A stretch of 64,000 bases of DNA from Eledone cirrhosa. Its lineage: Eukaryota. Under the pieces are notes generated by a model. The model had not been told where the DNA came from and searched no databases. It saw only the letters and a program-made list of their open reading frames with translations. Positions 27,970 to 41,307 of the stretch are shown here, in pieces. Both the position numbers and the translations under genes were made by a program. The stretch is from positions 50,096,001 to 50,160,000 of the forward strand of contig OZ024742.1 in the NCBI GenBank assembly GCA_964016885.1, written 5' to 3'. The number at the start of each line of letters is the position of its first letter. Position 1 is the stretch's first letter.

Positions 27970-28044
27970 ATATATATATATATATATTTCGTTTCTGAAT
28001 TTGTTTAGCAAGATTCTTTATCTGAAATCGTGTGTTGAAACCGA

Positions 28045-28209
28045 TATTGTTATACTTTGGGAGGGTCATATATAAACAACTGTCTGGTTGTGGAACCAAC
28101 TAACCAACCAGAAATTTATAAATTTATAAATTTATAAATATATAATAAATTGAAGTGAAAGCATCTGGTGCGTGTGTTTCTTATTGGCAACATGACCCTC
28201 CCAAAGTAT

Positions 28210-28215
<6 letters not shown>
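28045..28215. mobile_element. Short fold-back repeat with 24-bp terminal inverted repeats
   Basis: ATTGTTATACTTTGGGAGGGTCAT..ATGACCCTCCCAAAGTATAACAAT; same family in opposite orientation at about 36243-36380; both adjacent to TA repeats. Confidence 0.7.
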
Positions 28216-28268
<53 letters not shown>

Positions 28269-28322
28269 TAGAGAGAGAGAGAAAGAGAGGGGGGAGAAGG
28301 GGCGAGAGAGGAGTCGATACTA

Positions 28323-28840
28323 ATACATCAGTGGTAGTTCATTTATCGACTCTTAAATACGAAAATCAACTTTCACCTCTGCCGGATTCCACATCAGGGC
28401 TCAGAGAACTGGAACATATAACGCAAAGTAGTCAATCCGATGCTCTCAACCACTCCATTAAATATACATCCTATGGATGGAGAAATAATTTTCTACTTTT
28501 GGCACAAGGCCAGCAATTACACAGTGTATTACTGGTACTTTATTTTATCGAACCCATAAAGATGAAAGGCAAAGTTAACCTCGGCGGGATTTTAACTCAG
28601 AATGGCAAAGCATGGCGTCAAAGCATGGCGTCCGACCGTCTACCGATACTGCCAATCCACCGCCCTATGGATTGAGAAATAATTGTTTCTACTTATGGCA
28701 CAAGGCCAGCAATTACCCACTACATTTCTGGTACTTTATTTTATCGACCTCTGTATGGATGAAAGGCAAAGTTGAACTCAGATCGTAAAGGGACGAATCT
28801 ATGCTGGAAAGCCTATCCGACCCTCTACCGATACTGCCAA
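28323..28840 (-). mobile_element. Cluster of three minus-strand SINE copies (two tandem and closely related)
   Basis: CTGGTACTTTATTTTATCGA..GATGAAAGGCAAAGTT twice (about 28483-28665 and 28672-28840) plus an older copy at about 28323-28450. Confidence 0.7.
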
Positions 28841-29979
28841 TAATGTTGTTTGGACTGTGTTTCCGAATTCAGCATATCATCTCTATAGCAACAGAGGACA
28901 CCTGGAATGAATGGAATAAATGGGCGAACAGGAATAAGAGAGATGGAGAAGGAGAGAGTCAGGGGGAGAGAAGAAGTATTGAAGAAGCCTTCTTAACCTG
29001 TTAACCATTTTAGAGGCATGCTGCATGGGATGCAATATTTAATCAAATTTCATCATTTATAGAAATATAAAATGTAATTCCTAGGAATTTATCTAAGTAT
29101 TTGCACTGATCGTGATATTTTTATGGTATAAATGTTTATATTTTTGTTGCAAGGATAAAAAGAAACACCAAGCCTCTTCTTCGTCAACCATTATCAGAGA
29201 AACACTTGTGTCAGGTTCTGAAATTAGTAGGAAAATGCTGTATCTTGGATAAATGTTATTAAACGATGTAAACTAAATGTAAGATTCTTAGAGTATGTTT
29301 GACACTTACATACAACTTTATTTCAACATGGTGAGCTGCACGAGTTATAGCAGGAAAATGCATGAACGTAGGTTTTCAAATTGCGGGTATAAATATAGTT
29401 ATTCAAATCTGAATATAACTCTTTTATAAAGCTGAGGTGCTGGAGAGGAAATGTCATATCACTTTCCAATGTTCACATACGCGAATGGGGCTAATCTTTG
29501 ATTGCGGTGTATTATTTGAAAACTTTAGTATTTATTCATATCAAACTGAATGTCAATAAGTCAAGGCACCAAACATTTAATTATGGAATATTTGCGTTAA
29601 GCAATGACAGCCTTGAATTGAAAGCCGATTTCGTGTTGATGGTCCATCTATAAACTCGTTAAACTTCAGCAAACATTCACAACAAAGAGAAAAACAAATA
29701 CAAAATATTTATTGAAATCGAGGATTAACTGGGAAATTACATCAAATCTAAAACGTGGAACAGGAAAAATTCGGGATTGTATGATTAATGTCGAAATCTA
29801 CTCTGCTATGAGCGGAGACGTTTTCAGTGCATTAATGAAATTTTTTATATATATACCAATGAAAAATAATACTTTTGCTATGGTTAATAATGATATGTAT
29901 AGATAAATATTTGTAAAACAGTGGGATGTTATATATGTAGTAGTCGATCACTCAGTCCATGGGACGAGCTCCGTAGAAG

Positions 29980-30150
29980 TTAGTTCCACAGCGGTTAATA
30001 AACCATTTTCGAGGACATGTCTTTCACCTTGCAGATCTTCAACTCAAAGGAATGGGTCATCGCCGATCAGCTATGACCCATTCCTTCGAGTTGAAGATGA
30101 GCAATGTTAAACACGTGTCCTCGAAAATGATTTATTAACTGTTGCCAAAC

Positions 30151-30152
<2 letters not shown>
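29980..30152. repeat. Imperfect fold-back of about 170 bp (pLTR-like) beside (CT)n
   Basis: ..TCTTCAACTCAAAGGAATGGGTCAT / ATGACCCATTCCTTCGAGTTGAAGA..; outer CATTTTCGAGGACA / TGTCCTCGAAAATG. Confidence 0.8.
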
Positions 30153-30153
<1 letters not shown>

Positions 30154-30239
<86 letters not shown>

Positions 30240-30279
30240 TCTCTCTCTCTCACTCTCTCTCTCTCTGTTTCTCTCTTTC

Positions 30280-30366
<87 letters not shown>
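30154..30366. repeat. (CT)n(TA)n microsatellite
   Basis: Direct. Confidence 0.95.
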
Positions 30367-30369
<3 letters not shown>

Positions 30370-30603
30370 GGTATAGTACTAGGAGAAACCTCTACTTCAT
30401 GTCTAGTCGTTTTGTTTTTCCTAGTACTATACCTTTAAATTTATAATTACTCCGTGATCTGTACATTGAATTCTCAAATTGGACTGTTACCGTACCTCCT
30501 GCAAAGACCATGTCGAGAAAAATACTTTGATAAGCAATATCTTACTTGTTTATTTTGTTTGCACATTGATTCACACAATAACATTTTAGCCTGATATATC
30601 TTC

Positions 30604-30635
<32 letters not shown>

Positions 30636-30636
<1 letters not shown>

Positions 30637-31389
30637 AACGTATAATTAGGATTATACTAAGGTATATCCTAATGTTTGTTGAGTGAGACGGAAGTCGGTT
30701 GGAGTATTGCTTAAAACTTTCTCTGGTAATGTATTAAATATTATACTTGTGAAGTGTCCAGAGATGAACATTTCCAGATATTTTTATGTATGAGTTTCTT
30801 CTTTATTCTTTGTATGAAATATTGATTGTTTTTGCGGTATATTGTCTCTGTTTTTAGCCTAAGAAAATACCTATGTGCGTGTATAAATAATACATGCATA
30901 TATTTATTTTTTTATATCCAATTGAGCTCTTCACGCATGGTTAAAATTCTTGACAGAATTAATTGACCTGCGTGCATATTATTTTATCTTTTTATGTTTT
31001 GCGATGACCTCCCCTTCCCGCTTGGTGACGGTGTGAGATTTCTTTTTGTGAGATTGCTGGAATTTCAAGTTTGGCGGTCACGCTAACACTGACGTGTACC
31101 ATCGCTGAATGTTGCATATATTCCTATGGACTATGTGTAGGATTCTACATAACCTGGACATTATTTTCCAAACTGGTAGAAAACTTATAATGAAACGATG
31201 ATTTAGAAAGAAAGATGTATTTAATTATGTCTCAGATCAAATAATAAAACTGGCTATCCGCAAAATACGTATAGTTAGCACCCCAAACGTATAATTAGGA
31301 TTATTCTAAGGTATATCCTAATGTTTGTTGAGTGAGACGGAAGTCGGTCGGAGTATTGCTTAAAGCTTTCTCTGGAAATGTATTAAATA
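30636..31389. mobile_element. Non-coding element bounded by direct repeats of about 104 bp, inserted in (TA)n
   Basis: AAACGTATAATTAGGATTAT..GTGAGACGGAAGTCGG..AATGTATTAAATA at 30636-30740 and 31286-31389. Confidence 0.7.
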
Positions 31390-31399
31390 TATATATATA

Positions 31400-31554
<155 letters not shown>

Positions 31555-31556
31555 AC

Positions 31557-31615
<59 letters not shown>

Positions 31616-32010
31616 CAAAAGGCAAACAGAAATAACATTGCAAACGACTCAGTACAATGAAGAAATATATTATTAATTTTACGCTTGATATAACAGGAAA
31701 ATATTCCGAACGTTTCGGACGCTAGTCCTTCACCAGTGTGTCACTGAAGAAGAATTAGAAAGCCTGAAGAGAGGGGCATGGCAGAAACGGAAAAATAAAT
31801 TAAGAGAAAATTGATAGGTCCTTTCATGTTGACATCTCTTGTACAATTCTTGATGCTGGCGTTTTGTGTATGATATATGTGTGTATGTGTGTAAGATTAA
31901 AGAAATTAGGGAGAGGAGTTGAGTCCACTGAGAAAATGGTCCCAAGACGGATTATCAGGCTCTGCTCAATATATATATATAGCCGTCGAAACGTCTTGAG
32001 CTCTGCCGTC

Positions 32011-34363
32011 TTTTGGAGTTAGAAGGCCAGAATATAAATACAGATGCAAAAGATATTGCTGACAATTAGTCTTTTACCTTAAATTTATTTGAATATCCTT
32101 AATTTTTTAGATAATATCTCTTCTTCGGAGGGAAGTAATGGGATTAATTCAGTGTTTTAATTACCTTGCCAAGTCATGCTGTCAGGAAATAGTAAAGAAA
32201 TTCCATTCTTTTTCAAATGTCAAAGAGTGAAGGTTAGGTGGATAAAGGGTTGTCTCCCTTTAAAAGGTTTTGGACATGTATGTCTAAGTGTGAGTGGGAG
32301 TATACGTGAAGGTGTAAGCATGCGCGCGCGCGCGCGCGCGTGTGTGTGTGTGTGTATGTGTGTGTGTGTGTGTGTGAGAGGACATGTTTATATGTAAATG
32401 TGGGGGCTAGATGCTCTATCATGTTAAAAGTGGTCTATGTGTGTGTATGTGTGTGTGTGAGAGAGAATAAGTCAAGGTGTCTAGCATAGAAGGGCCCCTA
32501 TACAAAATCTCCTTGATTCTCTCCCAGGTCCTCAAGCCTCTACTCTCCACCTCTCCTGGCATGCCAGTAACTCCAACGAGGTCACACGTAGACTACACCA
32601 ACTCCAGCCAGAACAACTTAATTAAATAGATACGTCTTTAGCCTCGACTTTGTCTCCCTCTACACTACAGTCCCCTCTCACCCAGCAGTCGATTTATTGA
32701 CGGACTGCGTGGTCGCAGAAAACAGCCACTGCTACGGCCTCCATCCGACGGACATACACCAGCTTTTGTCCTTCACAGTGGACAACACGTACTTCACCTT
32801 CCACCACCACACATACAGACAGACGACAGGATTACCCATGGGATCCAGCCTATCGGGACTGCTGGCCATCACCTATATGAACCAGCTAGAATGCCGAGCC
32901 CTCAACATCTGCCATTCCTATAACATTTTCACCCGATATGTAGATGACATACTCATCCTTACATCATCCCGTGAAGAAGCGGATAAAATATACATGACAT
33001 TCTTCAGCATGGACGCCAATATACATTTCAGCATGGAACACCCCGATGTCGCAGATCCCTATCCCTATTGGACTTCCAACTCAAGGTAACAGAGGAGGGC
33101 GACATCCACACCTGCTTCTATAAAAGAGCCGCCAGCAGGGACCTGTTCGTACATTTCAGATCAGCCCTCCCAGTCAGCGCTAAGTTCGGATACATAAGGA
33201 ACGATTTAAAACGTATCCATGACAAATGCACCGACGCAAGAGGCCGGGACACACACACCACATTTCCTGGAAGTACTTAAACTGAACGGATACCCGACGT
33301 CCACTGCTAACCATACCAGAAACAGCAGAAGCACTAACACCTGCTTCCTGAAGCTCCCACACTTTAGTGACGAAACAACAGCCATCGGCAGAGCTATCAG
33401 ACGAGATGGACTAGATATCCAGCTAGCCCACTCAGGACCTTCTCTACGCGGACAGCTAACCAAAAGACACTCTACCAGATGACAGCCGCTGCAGGCTAGC
33501 CAACTACCCCATCGACGACACAGTCCTATGCCACTAGGCTTACGTCGTATACAGATTAGAGTGCGACAAATGCTGCAATTTCTACATAGGTAGCACCACC
33601 AGAACACTTCACATTAGAATAAAAGAACACCTAAATACTAACGCTTCCTCATTTAAGAAACACCTAGTGGAATGCAAAAACACCGACAAAAACACAATAG
33701 TTAGGATAGAAGCGAAGGAAAGAAACATCGGCAATCTTAGAATTAAAGAAGCACTTATTATAGACAAAACAAAACCTCCAATCACTAATAGACTAGAACT
33801 CAACATCCAATTTCTAACATGATAGAGCACCTATCCCCAGACTTACACCTCCACGTATTATCTCACACACACACAGACGCACACACACACACACGCTTAC
33901 GCCTTTACTTATTCTCTCTCACACACACATATACACACACTTAGACCAGTTTTAACATGATATAGCATCTAGCCCCCAAATTTACATATAAACATGTCCT
34001 CTCACACTCACATACACACACACACGCATGCTTACACCCGCACGTATTCTCCCACATACATGTAGACATACATTTGCAAACCCCTTTAAAGGGAGACAAC
34101 CCTTTATCCACCTAACGAACCCTTTATTCACTCTTTGACATTAGAAATATAATACATTTCTCTACTATTTCCTGTCAGCATGACTTGGCAAGCTAATTAG
34201 AACACTGAATTAACCCCTTTATTTCCCTCCGAAAAAGAGATATCTCGAAATTAAGGATATTCAAATACATTTACGGTAAAAGACTATTTGTCAGCAATAT
34301 CTTTTGCATTTGTATTTATATTCTATATCCATACCTGCATTGTTTTGGCCTTCTAACTCCAAA
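32011..34363 (+). mobile_element. 5'-truncated Penelope-like element with inverted pLTRs
   Basis: RT (FSLDFVSLYT, QTTGLPMGSSLS, RYVDD) from about 32620; GIY-YIG VVYRLECDKCCNFYIGSTTRTLHIRIKEH ending at TGA about 33821; arms about 32011-32490 and 33810-34363 are inverted. Confidence 0.88.
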
Positions 34364-34408
34364 CGTTTACACGTAACCACGCACTGCTTCAAGTAAACTA
34401 CAATTTGC

Positions 34409-34726
34409 TCCATATGTATATATATATATGTAAAACATAGAATGTCTGTCTGTCTGTCTGTCTGTCTGTCTGACTCCCTAAAACTCGAGAAACAGCCAAC
34501 CGATTGTTTTCAAACTTTTCATACTTTATACTTATGGTCCTGTGAGATTTCAAATTTTCAATGCCCTTGGGGCCGCATTAGGCGATTTAACTATCTCTAT
34601 CTATAATTGTTAGTCTTTCTTTTTAGATAGATTCATAGATATAACGTTGCGCACCTTGTAATATCTGTCTGTATGCATTGCTGTCTGCATTACGACACTA
34701 TGACGTTATATTGGTGTTTGTGTGTA

Positions 34727-34757
<31 letters not shown>

Positions 34758-35819
34758 GTCAGGTCACTCTTGAGTGCTACTGGTTACATGAAAACCAGTA
34801 CAACCTGTCGCATGGTTTTGGACACCCTGCAGGACAAAAAACAAAACCTGACAAAGGGCGGAAGAACTCATAAAAGTCAACGTCTATCCAAAAATGTGCA
34901 AATATGTATATACACATGTACATATGTATGTGTATGCAGGTGTATATGCCTGGGGTGTCAGAGAGGGGCATGCACCTCTGTAGGTGGGGGTGGGGGGGGC
35001 TAGCCATGCCTTTTTTAGGACAGCTCGTCCTGCGTGGGTCCCACCTGACACTCAGCTCTCACCTATGCCCCCAAGAAGCTATAGCATGCAACAGCGGGCA
35101 CACCACGGTATATCGCCTTGGCTGGCGAGCCGAACCAAGTTGAGGGTAGCCGGACGGGTCTGAAACCCCCCGGTGAATAAGATAGAGGATGTCTGCCCCT
35201 GCATGCGAAGACTGGACACGACAGAGTGAGTGGACGAAGACAACATCGTTCCAACAGTCGTGAAGGCGGTGACAGCAAGCAGTGTGGAGTGCTAGAGTAC
35301 GGTAAGGCACTACAGACGTTGTGGCTATATCCACTGCAGCCAAAGAAGTCCCTGGTCGTGACGGTCATCCGTACCACGAGATTCTGGCTTCTGCAGCCGA
35401 GTGAGTGGGACTGTCACTATGCACTGGCCCTCCCACTATAAATCTTTACCGCACAGGTTTCTTCTTTAGCGTGCACTCCCAAAGCCCTGCGGCGATAGGC
35501 AAGAGGCAGAGGTAACAGGTGGAAGTAACCGCTGGGTGTTGCCAGTCTGATTGCGGTCTCTTTCCCTGCCCCCACTATCCCCAGACCTGCAAGTCAAGGA
35601 TCGGCTTCCGCAGCCACCTTCGTGCCCACAGCAGACGCGAACAACAATAAAGAATATGTCATCATCGTTTACGATGGACAACCAAGATATATATATATAG
35701 TGTGTAACGTTTTTCGAATTATTTGCTTCTGCGTTCACAGATTGATATTTTTAGTTTCAGAAGATCCCGTTAAGGGTGAAAGCAGCGATTCTTTTCTTAA
35801 AGCTTAATCTGTTATTTTA

Positions 35820-35870
<51 letters not shown>

Positions 35871-36030
35871 TATATATATATATTTATATATTCGAGTACA
35901 GATATTTTCGCATACACAATAACAAAATATAAACAAACGTATTTATTTCACGAGGCTCGATAAAGATAAATATATATCAAATATAGAAGAACCCTACAGA
36001 AGTCCCGAGCAATGCCGGGCGATTCTGCTA

Positions 36031-36031
<1 letters not shown>
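34409..36031 (+). mobile_element. Non-autonomous Helitron with nested or captured repeats
   Basis: 5' TC..(TA)n..(GTCT)n-AAACTCGAGAAACAGCCAACCGATT head; 3' hairpin CCCGAGC-AAT-GCCGGG (36004-36019) then CTAG|T at 36028-36032. Confidence 0.6.
34990..35640 (+). mobile_element. GC-rich structured segment resembling an RTE-clade LINE 5' leader
   Basis: CACCTGACACTCAGCTCTCACC..GAGGGTAGCCG..GGGTCTGAAACCC..GCATGCGAAGAC resembles RTE 5' UTRs (from recall); no convincing ORF. Confidence 0.45.
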
Positions 36032-36110
<79 letters not shown>

Positions 36111-36168
36111 GTATATGTATATATATATGTATATATAAATGTATATATATATGTATATATATACATGT

Positions 36169-36199
<31 letters not shown>

Positions 36200-36966
36200 C
36201 ATATATATATGTATATATGTATATATATGTATATATATATATATTGTTATACCTTGGGAGGGTCATGTTGCCAATAAGAAACACACGCACCAGTTGCTTT
36301 CACGTCAATTTATTATAAATTAAATTCATAAATTTAGGAATTTATAAATTTCCGGTTGGTTGGTTGGTTCCACACCCAGACGATTATTCATATATTGTCA
36401 AAGTTCTTTGGTCGCACATTCTGTGACCTCTTCAGTGACTGGGGATTGTTTTCTTTGTTTTTGTGCCTCTCCTTTGTTCTGTCCTACGTCATCTTGTTTT
36501 TGTGTGTGTTGTGTGCTTAGTTTGAGCATGTGTTACATCCGGGTGTCTGTGTGTTTTTATATTTCTTTATTTATTTGTATATTTACATGTTACTGTTTGG
36601 TTGTTTGTTCTATGTGTGTGTGTGTGTTTTCATTTTGTCCTTAATTGTAAGTTGTGATGTGGTTATTCCATTCATGATTTCTATTTAATTTTGGTTGGAG
36701 TTCATTTATGTTTATTGAACTCCAACAAAAATTAACAATTAAAATTAAATTAAATAGAATGCATGAATGGAATACCAACATCACAAATAACCATTAAGGA
36801 CAACGTTTCTCACTTTCTCCGAAAGGATTGCTTGAGTCCGAAGAATCTGCAGCTGTAGAATCAGCCAGATCAATATAGTGATAATGACTCGAGCTATCTG
36901 CCGGCGAAACAATTGTAACACGCAATAAACTGAGTCTAGATGCATCACTGATTTTTCGTTTTTTAA

Positions 36967-37039
<73 letters not shown>

Positions 37040-37041
37040 AG

Positions 37042-37405
37042 TATGTATACGTACATACATATATGTATACAGACGTACAGTAGTATGTATATATATATAC
37101 ATACATGCGCACATATATATATGTACGCATGGATTCAGCGAACATTTAGGACGGAAGGTATACGTTGCTGACGATAGCTAATAAGCTTTAAACTAGTACA
37201 GCGTTCCTTTGCCAGTGTTGAACAAATGAGCAACGATGGTTGCTAGACTCTACGGCTAAATACGGGATGTTTGTTTCTTAACACACCGAGCATTATAATA
37301 AATGTTCGGTGAATCCATACGTACATATATATATGTGTGCATGTATGTATACATATATACATACTACTGTACGTCTGTATACATATATGTATGTACGTAT
37401 ACATA
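37042..37405 (+). mobile_element. PLE pLTR fragment with hammerhead motif between inverted copies (about 107 bp) of microsatellite-like DNA
   Basis: Arms 37042-37148 and 37299-37405; ACGUUG-CUGACGA-U AGCU AAUA AGCU U-(U)AAAC-UA-GUA-CAGCGU at 37162-37204 (G12 mutated). Confidence 0.7.
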
Positions 37406-37489
37406 ATATACTTAAGTAACAGCCGTACTAAGAGTCAGAAATGAAATTGCGTTTTATTTTTTTCCGTTTATATATATATATTTTTTTCC

Positions 37490-37560
<71 letters not shown>

Positions 37561-37709
37561 TATATATATGTATATATAGATATGTATTAACATATATAAA
37601 TATACATATATACATATATATATACATATATAAATACACATATATACATATATACATATATATATGTATATATATATACATGTATACATACATATACATA
37701 TATATATAA

Positions 37710-37742
<33 letters not shown>

Positions 37743-37810
37743 CATACATATATATACCTATATATATACATATATATACATACATATGTATATATGTATA
37801 TATATATCTA

Positions 37811-37893
<83 letters not shown>

Positions 37894-38164
37894 TATTAGG
37901 ATTGGTACTCTGAAATGCCGTCAGCGAAAGAAGGGTGAGAAGATGACAGTCTGTTTCACGCTGGTTAACATTCAACAGAGCCACGCATTCCCCGCTTCCA
38001 CCGAAAATTATAGAAGTAGGATTCTTATAGAATTCCAGTAATAATCAGGAGCTGATGGTACAGAGCGATTGCCTGTCCAGCAAAAATTAGCTACTAGGAT
38101 TGGTGCTCTGAAATAGCGATGTATACATGAATGTATGTATAGTCTACATATATATATATATATA

Positions 38165-38716
38165 GCGAAGGAGTTGTTGTAAGGAACTAGATGGACCACA
38201 ACGCACCAGAGTATTCAATACTTAGGGTAGTAGAGTGGCTAATAGTAAAAAGTATGACCCCGACGGCAGAGCTCAAGCTGTTTCGACGGCTATTTCTGGC
38301 CTAAATTAGAATTTTTAGTCTGGTAAGTAAATAGCCGAACTTTTTAGGCGTACTTCCTTATATGGGAAGATTGTAGTTGTCAAGAAGAAAGGTCAAAATT
38401 TGTTGTCAACACAAATAAGACTATCACGGCAGTGGGTGGGAGGTTTCACTTTCAACGCTTGTCCTGCTCCACCCACTCCCTCATTGATCTACAGGCAAGT
38501 TCAGCCACCCAACCTCCCACCTTCACTGCCATGATAGACTTATTTGCGTTTACAACACATTTTGACCAATTCTCTTGACAACTACAATCTTCCCATATAA
38601 GGAAGTACCCCTTGAAAAGTTCGGCTATTTATTTACCAGAATAAACATTCTAATTTAGTCCAGAAATTGCCGTCGAAACGGCTTGAGCTCTGCCGTCGGG
38701 GCCATACATTTTCCTA
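38165..38716. mobile_element. Non-coding fold-back member of the Naiad-like family
   Basis: Same termini as the 18196 element; inverted arms about 38250-38445 vs 38505-38715; flanked by TA repeats. Confidence 0.85.
38601..38714 (+). ncRNA. Type I hammerhead ribozyme candidate, U3-A8 core variant
   Basis: Stem I CCCC(38608-11)/GGGG(38698-701); core UUGAAAA 38612-18; stem II G..CGGC/GCCG..C; GAAA 38675-78; stem III ACGGC/GCCGU; GUC cleavage triplet ending at 38697. Confidence 0.65.
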
Positions 38717-40373
38717 TATATATATATATACACATACATATAGTCGGCTTACTGATGATTTCTCCCGAATGATTTCTTGTCCTGTGGAAACCATTTCTAT
38801 ATTAAATATTTATACTGTGCTCTGTATTGGGCACCTTACTTACTGTGGTTACCCGAGATTGAAACCGGGATAAACTTATATATATATGTATATATATATC
38901 ACAATGAAGTAGAAGCCAGAAGGTTCGTATTTATAACGTTTTATTGATTATCTAATCATTGCTATACATATTTTTATTATGGTAACTTTTATATAACTGT
39001 TATGATCTCATGAGACAGCTAGTACCTGAACAACATTTTACATGAATAAAATGTACACGAACAAAAATTCTACGGATATTATAATCATGCTCTTTCCAAT
39101 CTATGATATGTCACAGTCGAGAGAATAACTTTATATAACTGAAACTGTATATTTAGCTCTACATTAAACAGTGTAGCGTACTTTGAGAGAGTATGGTGTG
39201 ATATGAGAATGGTTTGTATGTGATTTGTACCTTCTCAAACGGTTAATTAAGCGCACTCTCGTTAAATGATAATATCAACCCTTCATCTCCATTGTAATTA
39301 TTAACACTTTACTGGGCTGAGTCATGGAGAGGTGAATGTCATGTTTCATCGGGGATAGGCGCCGTTGATCGTTTAACAGAAAATGCAAAATCCTAATTAC
39401 GAGAAATCATCCAAAGAGCATCTACGTTAGACCTGCAAGATATAACAACCCGATATCCCTCATATTACACCATACTGTTTTACAAAGGGGATACATAGAG
39501 AAGAAAAAGGAATACAGAATCCAGTATACCCATAGAAAATATAAGGAATATCACCCCTTGCAATACATTTGATTATTGTTCCGTTTAATCGGTGTAGTCT
39601 CGTTGCTAAACAACAACAAAGACATAAGTAAATATAGATAAATAAATATAAAGCCAATATTGTGATACGAATTAACAAATTTTGGGAGAAATATAAGAAA
39701 AATGATAAAGAAAATAAGCAGCCATTACTGATATATAGCAAAAAGTAAACAATATATTCTATAAAATCTTTCATCTCAGTCATGACTATTATCGGTTTTG
39801 AACTCCTTATATACTAAGTGGAACATAATAACTCATTGTGTAGACTTACATACGATATGGTTACCTACAATAAACACCTTGTCGTCTATATTGTGCATTG
39901 TAATCACGTCAAGAGTGGTGGATGCATTTGTCTGTCGTTATTGCTCTCAGCCCATATGTTTAGGTATCGAAGGCAATATCTCATACATATTGTAAATAAA
40001 CAATTCGCGGTGAAGACCTATTTACATATATTGAAATTTAAACAGACATTGCAGTGAAATCTGTCCAATTACACACTACTCATTTAAAAAGAGATTGGCA
40101 CATTTGGTGATATATTTTAAAACACGTCCCGCGTAATGGAAATGATTGTTACGAAAGGAATTATCCTTGAATTAAAACCTAAGATCAACTATACACTTCC
40201 CTAACGAATAATATAATTAATTGAATCAATAAGAGAATTAAATAGAAATTCGGGTGTTCATCTGGACCAATACATACGTATTAATATATACACAAATAAT
40301 GGTACTAACACATTGAAATGTAATTGTTTGCATGTGTGAGAGTATAATCGTGTGCACGTGTGTATAACTCACC

Positions 40374-40439
<66 letters not shown>

Positions 40440-41257
40440 TCCTTTATTTATTTCCCTCTGTGATTGCGTATGGAATTAAATGTAGCTCTATACATATCAG
40501 CAATCACGCTATTGAACGTAAACTTTTATGTTATGAATGGTCGAATATTCCTTCCTACCCTCAAGTTATTCGGTAGAGACTCTTTGATATTGTTTGAAAA
40601 ATGTAAACATTCGGGTTTCTCTCCAACAGTGTAATGGTAATTAAATTCCTGACAGCAACATAATGGTGTGGTTCACTCTCAGCCTTCCGGTTCACATTTC
40701 TTCCCCCATATGAGGAGGAAAAAATATGTTGCAATTCACTAGATCTATACCCTGCAAGAAAATATAACAGCGATGCCATAATGTCACACACCATCGGACT
40801 AATAACATTGTCTATCATACAAACTATATCTTCCCTTCGTTCATTCGAAGCACTCGGTAATATCGATATTTCCTTCTATCCTTGTTCAGTCATTGTTCAA
40901 GGTATTGGAAATTAACTATGGTATTCAGATAAGACAAATGCACACGCAACACATTTTGAAACACGATACTGGTAAATTCTACGCCGAAGATAAGACACGT
41001 CAACTTATTCACGTCTTACACACAGGCACAGACAAATTCATATACAAAGGAATGTGCTTCGCATACATGCAATGCGTCCTCGTTTTCTTTCTTTTCTTCT
41101 ATTTATAGCATCTTTCTCTATAATTTCTCTATACCGAGTAGAATATACATGCATATACAGAAGCAAACATTTATATATAGACATACTCACACACACGTAC
41201 ACACACAGGCACACACGTACACACAGGCACCCACACACACACACACCACATACACAA

Positions 41258-41307
<50 letters not shown>

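Noticed and set aside
35030-35160. HDV-like ribozyme in the RTE-like leader
   Set aside because: Hairpins and a GCCGAA segment are present, but no canonical P1/P3/L3 arrangement could be folded
39340-40770. Minus-strand splice-acceptor-like TCTTGCAG sites near 39435 and 40755 as host exons
   Set aside because: The first has stops in all three frames; the second gives no recognisable protein; no donor or transcript support
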